Assembly (NCBI GenBank): GCA_040386535.1
Contig: JAZKFH010000030.1
Location: 34,816 to 98,815 of the forward strand
From: Myxococcota bacterium
Lineage (GTDB): Bacteria; Myxococcota_A; UBA796; SXON01
Reading direction: 5' to 3'
Length of the DNA stretch: 64,000 nucleotides
Every line of letters begins with the position of its first letter. The first letter of the stretch is position 1. The notes beneath the pieces were generated by a model, which worked only from the letters and a program-made list of their open reading frames with translations, ran no database searches and was not told the DNA's origin. This document shows, in pieces, positions 58,322 through 64,000 of this stretch. The translations under genes and the position numbers were made by a program.

Positions 58322-59101
58322 TCACATCCTTGCGAGGTCCGTTCGTGCCACGCGCGCACGCAGCTGGGTGGGCGTGTAGCCGAACACGCGACGGAGGCGC
58401 GCGGTCAGGTGGCTGTGGTGCGCGAAACCCACCTCGACCGCCAGCAAGGCCAGGTCGGTGGCCCCCGCGAGGATCGCGTCGGCGGCGCGGATGGCGCGCA
58501 TGCGGTCGAGCCACGCGTGGGCCGTTGTCCCGGTGGCGCGTCGGAAGCTGCGGCACAGGACGAATGGAGAGACGCCGAGCTCGGCGGCCACGGTGGTCAC
58601 GTCGCGGGCGTCCCGACGACCCAGGCGCGCCCGGGCGTCGCGAGCGAGCTCGATGCACGGCGGCGTGGCTTCCGTGGCCAGCTCCCGCTCGACGAGGAGC
58701 AGCGTCGCATCGACCGCGGCGGCCTGCGGGAGCGCGCGGAGCGTCTCGGCGTGGACCCGCCAATCGAGCCACCGCGCGGGCGAGAGGCGGCGGAAGGAAT
58801 TCTCGAACGGCTCCGTGAGCCGCCCGGGTGCGAACGTCACGTAGATGCCGGTGTCCCGGCACCGGGCCGGGTGGCGGCTGCGCCAGGTGTCTCCGACGTT
58901 CGAGAAGCTGCAGGTGAGGGGGTCCACCAGCTCTTGCCCGCCCGAGCCGCGGCGCAAGAACGCGCCGTGCAGCGGGATGTTCAACGTCGCGACCGTCGTC
59001 ACGTGCTCGGGACCGTCCGCCAGGTTCTCGAGGTCACACGCCCAGAGGCCGACCAGGATCCCGTCGGCGTCGAGCAGGTCGCGGAAGCGCTTGGTTCTCA
59101 C
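58322..59101 (-). CDS. AraC-family transcriptional regulator
   Basis: VAAELGVSPF.LCR.FRR.TG; LAVEVGFAHHSHLT..RRVFGYTP. Confidence 0.9.
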   Translation of the reverse strand: MRTKRFRDLLDADGILVGLWACDLENLADGPEHVTTVATLNIPLHGAFLRRGSGGQELVDPLTCSFSNVGDTWRSRHPARCRDTGIYVTFAPGRLTEPFENSFRRLSPARWLDWRVHAETLRALPQAAAVDATLLLVERELATEATPPCIELARDARARLGRRDARDVTTVAAELGVSPFVLCRSFRRATGTTAHAWLDRMRAIRAADAILAGATDLALLAVEVGFAHHSHLTARLRRVFGYTPTQLRARVARTDLARM

Positions 59102-59160
59102 ACCCGGACACACGCGCGGTGTGGGTGCCGGGTTCCTGGGCCGGCGTTTGTCGACCGCTC

Positions 59161-60444
59161 TCAGTATTCCTGCTGGGAGAGCCTCTGGAGCTGCTGCCAG
59201 TCGACCTGCTGCGGATCGAGCGGCGCTTCCGTCGCCAGGATGGTGGTGTTTCCCAGGTCGGTTCCGTTGTTCGCCCGGTACACGTTGTCGTATCCGTCCG
59301 CGACCTTCACGGTCTCTCCCGTCGTGGGATCGACGTACTTGCTCTCCTCCCGAATGCCGTCGATCCTGTACTCGTGCTGCCGGTCCTGGGAGGCCGAGCG
59401 CTCCTGGTACGCGGCGTGGCTCCGGTCCATCTCGTTCATCCGGTCATTGTAGCGGGCCGTGTTGGCGTCCCCCTGCCGCTGGATGTCGGCCATGCGCTGG
59501 TTGTGGCCCGCCGTCATCGCGTCCGTGCTCCGCTGGATCGACTCCATGGTCGCCTCGTGCTGGCGGCGGCTCACGTCGCTGTTGGCCTGCTGCCCGCGTT
59601 GTTGCGCGTCCTGCTCCAGCCTCTTCCACTCCGGATTGGGGATGATCGAGTCCTGCGCGATGCGGGTGTGCGCGTGCGCCGCGTCCAAATCGCTTTTGGA
59701 CTGGGTGATCGAGGGGACCACGCTCCACGCGTAGTACGTCTCGCCGTTGACCTGCTGCACGTTCACCCGGATGCGGCACTCGACCCGCGCCAGGTCGCCG
59801 TTCGGCAGTGTGCCGTCCACCGAACCGCGCCGATTGACCTCTTGCGCAGAGGTACGGTCCTCCGGAGCTTCCTGCTCGTTGCGCAGATCGGTCAGGACGA
59901 TGCCCTCCTGCGCCAGCCGCGGGATCAGCACCTGGCGCGCGTACGCCGCGGCGCCCATCGGCTCGAGCTCGTTCGTGCTCATCCGCGTGTCCAAGCCCAT
60001 CTGCTGCTTCTGCTGGCGCAGCCCCTGGGTCATCGGCCCCTCCGACCAGCTGTGGGTGATGATGGGCCGGTACTCGATCTGCGCGGCCCCGTCGGGCGAG
60101 CGGAGACGAAGCAAGACCTGCGGAATCGCCACCGCGCCATCCCACTGGCGGGTGAACGACTGCGTCGCCTCCCACCCGATCGGGACCTTCAGCGCGAAGG
60201 CGACCATGTTGTTGCGCTCCGGATCGAGGATGCCCAGCAGGCGGTGGGTGGCCGCGGGGGAGGACGGCGACGAGGCTGCGGCGGGAGCCGAAGGTGAATC
60301 CGAAGGGGGAGGGGTGTCCGTGGGGGCCGAGCCGCCGTCCTGCACCGTCGGGGGCGGGAGGAAGCTCCGAGGGTCGATGCAGGCGACGATGCAGGCGCCG
60401 AACGCGAGGAGGACCAGCAGGGGGATGGGAGACGCTCGTTGCAT
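59161..60444 (-). CDS. Hypothetical lipoprotein with Gln-rich coiled-coil C-terminus
   Basis: Hydrophobic leader with Cys; long ORF with typical codon usage. Confidence 0.7.
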   Translation of the reverse strand: MQRASPIPLLVLLAFGACIVACIDPRSFLPPPTVQDGGSAPTDTPPPSDSPSAPAAASSPSSPAATHRLLGILDPERNNMVAFALKVPIGWEATQSFTRQWDGAVAIPQVLLRLRSPDGAAQIEYRPIITHSWSEGPMTQGLRQQKQQMGLDTRMSTNELEPMGAAAYARQVLIPRLAQEGIVLTDLRNEQEAPEDRTSAQEVNRRGSVDGTLPNGDLARVECRIRVNVQQVNGETYYAWSVVPSITQSKSDLDAAHAHTRIAQDSIIPNPEWKRLEQDAQQRGQQANSDVSRRQHEATMESIQRSTDAMTAGHNQRMADIQRQGDANTARYNDRMNEMDRSHAAYQERSASQDRQHEYRIDGIREESKYVDPTTGETVKVADGYDNVYRANNGTDLGNTTILATEAPLDPQQVDWQQLQRLSQQEY

Positions 60445-60514
60445 GGGTCCGCCTGGGAGAGGAGGGCAATCTACCCCGGCCTCCACAAATCGGCGGGCTG
60501 GAGCCCCTTGGCTG

Positions 60515-61075
60515 TCACTCCCCGTTGGTCGCCCCCGGCGTCGGGCTCGCCGCCGACTCCCATGCCAGGGCGCCGTCCGGGATGCGCGCCCGGCTCACGT
60601 CGGCCGTCTGCGCGCCGAACTCGACGGCGTCGATCTCTTCGGGGCTGCGGCCGTCGGCGACGAAGAACAGCCCGACGTATTCGCCGGTGCCCGAGAGCTT
60701 GAAGGTGGTGTGGTCCTCGCCCTGGGTCGGTTGGGCGTCGGCCCAGAACAGCGTGTACCCGCCGGGGGTGATCACCTGGTCCTGCGGGAGGGCGAACTGG
60801 CGGGGCTCGTCGTCCTCGTCGGTGAGGTACACACCCGCGAGGGACACGATCGCGTCCGTCGGGTTGTACAGCTCGATCCAGTCCGAGTAGGAGCCGCCGT
60901 CATCGGTGATCGTCGACTGGTTGACGGCCATGAACTCGTTGATCACGATCGTGGGCGCCTCGGCGCCGGAGTCGGCGGTGGGCGTGTCGGTGTCCGCCGT
61001 GTTTACGGTGTCGAGGGTGCCGCTGTCCGCGGTGTTCGGGGTGCACCCGAGGAGGGCGAGGGCGTGGATCAGCAT
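60515..61075 (-). CDS. Lamin-tail-domain (LTD) lipoprotein
   Basis: VINEFMA.N...DWIELYN...LTD...F.L..GE...PTPGATN. Confidence 0.85.
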   Translation of the reverse strand: MLIHALALLGCTPNTADSGTLDTVNTADTDTPTADSGAEAPTIVINEFMAVNQSTITDDGGSYSDWIELYNPTDAIVSLAGVYLTDEDDEPRQFALPQDQVITPGGYTLFWADAQPTQGEDHTTFKLSGTGEYVGLFFVADGRSPEEIDAVEFGAQTADVSRARIPDGALAWESAASPTPGATNGE

Positions 61076-61268
61076 GGGCGGGCTCCTTGGAGGGGGTCAG
61101 GGAGCAAGGTACCGCCTGGTCCTGAGGGGCAGCTGAGCGGCGTGGACCGGCTCTCGGGAGGCCTCTCCGGCACCGGCCCGAAGCTCAGCTTCCGCTCAGG
61201 CGGCGGGGATATCGTCGAGAGGGACTTCGATCGAGTTTCGTGTCATCGCAGCGCGAGGAGAGGTACGG

Positions 61269-62210
61269 ATGTGGTTCTTCACGATGATCCTGCAGGCGGC
61301 AGCTGCCTCGGAGGAGTCCGTGTGTGTCGCCTTCGGCGAGACCAGCGCCCCCCTCTCGGTGAGCGGCACACCGAGCATCCAGTCCTCCGGCGTCGCCGCC
61401 TCGCGGTCCCACCCGGGGCGCTTCTTCACCCACGACGATGCTGGCGGAGACGCGACCTTGCACGTCTTCGAGCGGACGGCGAGCGGCGCGGCCTACGTTG
61501 GCGAGCAGGCGGTCCGGGGCGCCGTCAACACCGACTGGGAGGACATCGCGACCGGGCCGTGCCCGGCGACCATCGACGCTGAATGGTGCCTGTGGATCGC
61601 CGACATCGGTGACAACGACAAGCTCCGTACGAGCCTCGACATCTGGGTCATCCCCGACACGATGGACGCGGGGGCCGCCACCGCGCATTGCCCGCTCGTG
61701 TACGAGGAGGGCAAGGTCTACGATGCCGAGGCCATTTTCGTGTCACCCGAGGGCACGCTCCGGATCGTCACGAAGGAGGGCGATGGCGAGGCGAAGATCT
61801 ATCGAATCGACGAGCCTACCTGCGCCGGAGGGGCCCCGCAGGTGCTCTGGCGGGAGGCGGAGATCTTCCCTGGCGAAGAGATCACCGGCGCCACGATGAA
61901 CGCGGCGGGCACCGCGGTCGTGCTGCGCAGCCTGTCGAGCGCATGGCTCTGGACCGGCTGCGACCTGGTCTGGGCCGACGCTCCAACGCGGGTCGACCTT
62001 GGCGTGCAACCCCAGGGAGAAGCGGTCACGTTCGCGCTCGACGGCACGCTCGTGAGCACGTCGGAGGGGGACCCGTTGCAGATGTGGGAGACCGTCTGCG
62101 TGGAGTCGGCCCCCCTCCCGTGCCCCACCGGCTGCGGGTGTGACGCTGGGGCGGGCGCGCTGCTCGTGCTCGTTCCGCTCGCCTGGGTGCGCCGCGGGCG
62201 GCGGTCGTAG
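61269..62210 (+). CDS. Secreted beta-propeller-like protein with MYXO-CTERM-like C-terminal anchor
   Basis: THDDAG, DWEDIA, IADIGDN, DAEA, QGEA; tail GCGC-hydrophobic-RRGRR. Confidence 0.7.
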   Translation: MWFFTMILQAAAASEESVCVAFGETSAPLSVSGTPSIQSSGVAASRSHPGRFFTHDDAGGDATLHVFERTASGAAYVGEQAVRGAVNTDWEDIATGPCPATIDAEWCLWIADIGDNDKLRTSLDIWVIPDTMDAGAATAHCPLVYEEGKVYDAEAIFVSPEGTLRIVTKEGDGEAKIYRIDEPTCAGGAPQVLWREAEIFPGEEITGATMNAAGTAVVLRSLSSAWLWTGCDLVWADAPTRVDLGVQPQGEAVTFALDGTLVSTSEGDPLQMWETVCVESAPLPCPTGCGCDAGAGALLVLVPLAWVRRGRRS

Positions 62211-62304
62211 GCACGGGCTGCGACCTGTGTACCACGGCCGCCGGGGCAGTCCCTCACTGCGCGGGCGTCTCGAACGCAGGCTTCGATGGAGGGACGCGGC
62301 CGCG

Positions 62305-63732
62305 TCACCCGCCGTCGACCACCAGCTCCTCCAGCCGCAAGGGGGCGGTCCCCACGATCCGCACCACCCGGCCACCTCCCGCCACGATCCGGATCCCGTG
62401 TCCCTCTGACGTGCAGCTCGACGGGCTGAACCACCAGGCGTCGTCGGTGTCGCGGACGAGCCAGCCGTCGTACTCGCCGTCGGGAGAGGACCACCACGCC
62501 GTCGCGACGACGCGTCCGTCGGGGAGCGTCGCCGTGGGCGTGACGCCCGTCGGCACCCACGCGGGCGCCACGCCGTCCGGCCCGAGGATCCACGGCGCGG
62601 CCTGGGTGCTGTTCCACGCTTCTTCCCACACGAGCTCCCCCTCCGGCAGGGCCGTCCCCGTGGGCCCCAGGGTCAGGGCCCCGGCGCCGGGCACGTCGTA
62701 GGCGTCGCCGCTGTCGAAGGCCCGCGCCTGCAGGGGCTGGCCGTCCCCCCACAGCTGCCACGTCGCGCCCGTGGCGCCCAACGACACGGTGGTGCCGCCG
62801 GACCACGCCAGGAGGGGCACGATCCAGTCGGCCGGGTGCGGCACCAGCTCCTCCCCATCGAGCTGGACGAGCCTGGACGCCCCCGACGCGTCGGTGATGA
62901 CCAGGACGGGCGAGGTGTCCGGGAGGGCGGGGAGCAGCCAGAAGGTCTCGCCTTCGGCGCGGGGAACCGCGATTTCGCGCCAGGTGAGCGTCGCGAGGTC
63001 GACGAGCGCGAGGGCGTACGTCGTGCCCCCGTTCAACACCATGACGAGCTGGTCGCCGAACGATTGCACCTGGTACGCGGCCGCGTCTTCCGGGAAGCCA
63101 GGGATCTCGAGCTCCCGCACGCTCATCTCGATGCCCACGCCGATGGGAATCTCCTCCTCGTAGCCGGGGAACACCTCCTTCCGGACGATCTCCTTCCACG
63201 GATCTTCAGGCCCGCACGCGGCCTCGGCGGCCTCAGCCAGCGCACGCGGGCGCGGGCCCGACTCGCAGTGCCGCGCGAAGTGCTCGCGGAGCGGCTGGTC
63301 CTCCGCGTCGAGCTCCTCGCCCCGGAACCAATTCTGCGGCACGAGGTCGGCGTGGGTCTCGGAGAACCCCTTCACGTCGTCCCACGCGTGACACAGCTCG
63401 TGGATCACCGTCCTGGGGATGCCGAACTCGCTCCCGGGCTCGACGCGGATGAGCTGCCGGGACGCGGAGTAGGCGCCGGCGGCCGCCTCGTACGCGGGGT
63501 CCGCGTTGGCGACCATGCGCACCTCGGCGACACAGACACCCTCCGCGCCGGTCCAGCCGGCGAAGTCGGCGATCGCGGCCGTGGCTTCGGCCATGTCGGC
63601 CTCGGTGGCGGCGCCCTCCGGGTTCGTGACCGCGATCTCCGCGAAGCGGGGACACTCCACCGGGGCGGACGCTTCGGTCGTACGGGCGCATCCCGCGAGG
63701 AAGGCGCCGATCAGGGGGTGGCTGCGTCGCAT
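62305..63732 (-). CDS. Hypothetical lipoprotein with HEXXH zinc-peptidase-like motif
   Basis: LAGC lipobox; AAGAY...VIHELCHAWD...REHFA. Confidence 0.6.
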   Translation of the reverse strand: MRRSHPLIGAFLAGCARTTEASAPVECPRFAEIAVTNPEGAATEADMAEATAAIADFAGWTGAEGVCVAEVRMVANADPAYEAAAGAYSASRQLIRVEPGSEFGIPRTVIHELCHAWDDVKGFSETHADLVPQNWFRGEELDAEDQPLREHFARHCESGPRPRALAEAAEAACGPEDPWKEIVRKEVFPGYEEEIPIGVGIEMSVRELEIPGFPEDAAAYQVQSFGDQLVMVLNGGTTYALALVDLATLTWREIAVPRAEGETFWLLPALPDTSPVLVITDASGASRLVQLDGEELVPHPADWIVPLLAWSGGTTVSLGATGATWQLWGDGQPLQARAFDSGDAYDVPGAGALTLGPTGTALPEGELVWEEAWNSTQAAPWILGPDGVAPAWVPTGVTPTATLPDGRVVATAWWSSPDGEYDGWLVRDTDDAWWFSPSSCTSEGHGIRIVAGGGRVVRIVGTAPLRLEELVVDGG

Positions 63733-63763
63733 CCGGACAGTGTACCACCCGCGCTCGCGCGCC

Positions 63764-64000
63764 TCACTCCACGATGGCCATCGGCAGGGAGTTGGCGATG
63801 TCCTCGAAGATCCCGGCGAGCGCCGAGGAGTCGGACGTGAGCGTGTAGTACCCGACGCCCTTCGGCATCGTGTGCATGAAGCTGTTGTCGTCGCGGAAGG
63901 AGACGACCCAGGTGTTCACGCCGAGGGTGTCGTACATCTCCTGGGTGAGCGTATTGGAGTCGGCCTTGATCTGCGCGACCGAGTGGGGGCGCGGGCCGAC
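63764..64000 (-). CDS. 3' end of a probable vWA-domain (TadG-like) protein, truncated by the window edge
   Basis: Open frame GVNTWVVSF...GYY...LAGIFEDIANSLPMAIVE*. Confidence 0.55.
   Translation of the reverse strand, partial: VGPRPHSVAQIKADSNTLTQEMYDTLGVNTWVVSFRDDNSFMHTMPKGVGYYTLTSDSSALAGIFEDIANSLPMAIVE

Noticed and set aside
61185..61688. Minus-strand ORFs opposite the 61269 gene
   Set aside because: Antisense to a better-supported CDS with an RBS, signal peptide and C-terminal anchor.

Overview
A very GC-rich bacterial window that looks like Myxococcota (inferred from the many lipoproteins with Asp-Thr linkers, MopE-like/FG-GAP surface proteins, a MYXO-CTERM-like tail, an MxcH/MxcI-like pair and a Ser/Thr kinase). 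It is an accessory-type mosaic of about 58 CDS; I saw no rRNA, tRNA or CRISPR array. Main blocks: a 22-25 bp tandem array at the left edge; surface lipoproteins, including an apparently exported His-swivel/ATP-grasp dikinase; a SET-domain gene carrying an in-frame palindromic MITE; a sigma54-driven persulfide/sulfur operon; lodAB (CTQ oxidase) abutting a truncated alcohol dehydrogenase; a vapBC-type TA pair; an ars operon coupled to an intradiol-type dioxygenase; a nine-gene PBP/porin/ExbBD/TonB/TBDR uptake cluster; PLD/PLC, GH6 and OmpA genes; a Fur-boxed siderophore receptor pair; an FHA-wHTH/kinase pair; and an ECF/FecR module whose promoter can be read from the sequence. The best candidate for an undescribed system is a convergent four-gene block at 33174-37358: an animal-like aromatic amino acid hydroxylase with altered active-site residues, a DOPA-decarboxylase-like enzyme, a 2OG-Fe(II) oxygenase and a DMT transporter. 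I infer it to be a bacterial monoamine (tyramine/octopamine/dopamine-like, possibly meta-hydroxylated) biosynthesis and export cassette. All family calls come from recognising motifs by eye, not from database searches, and start codons were adjusted by inspection.
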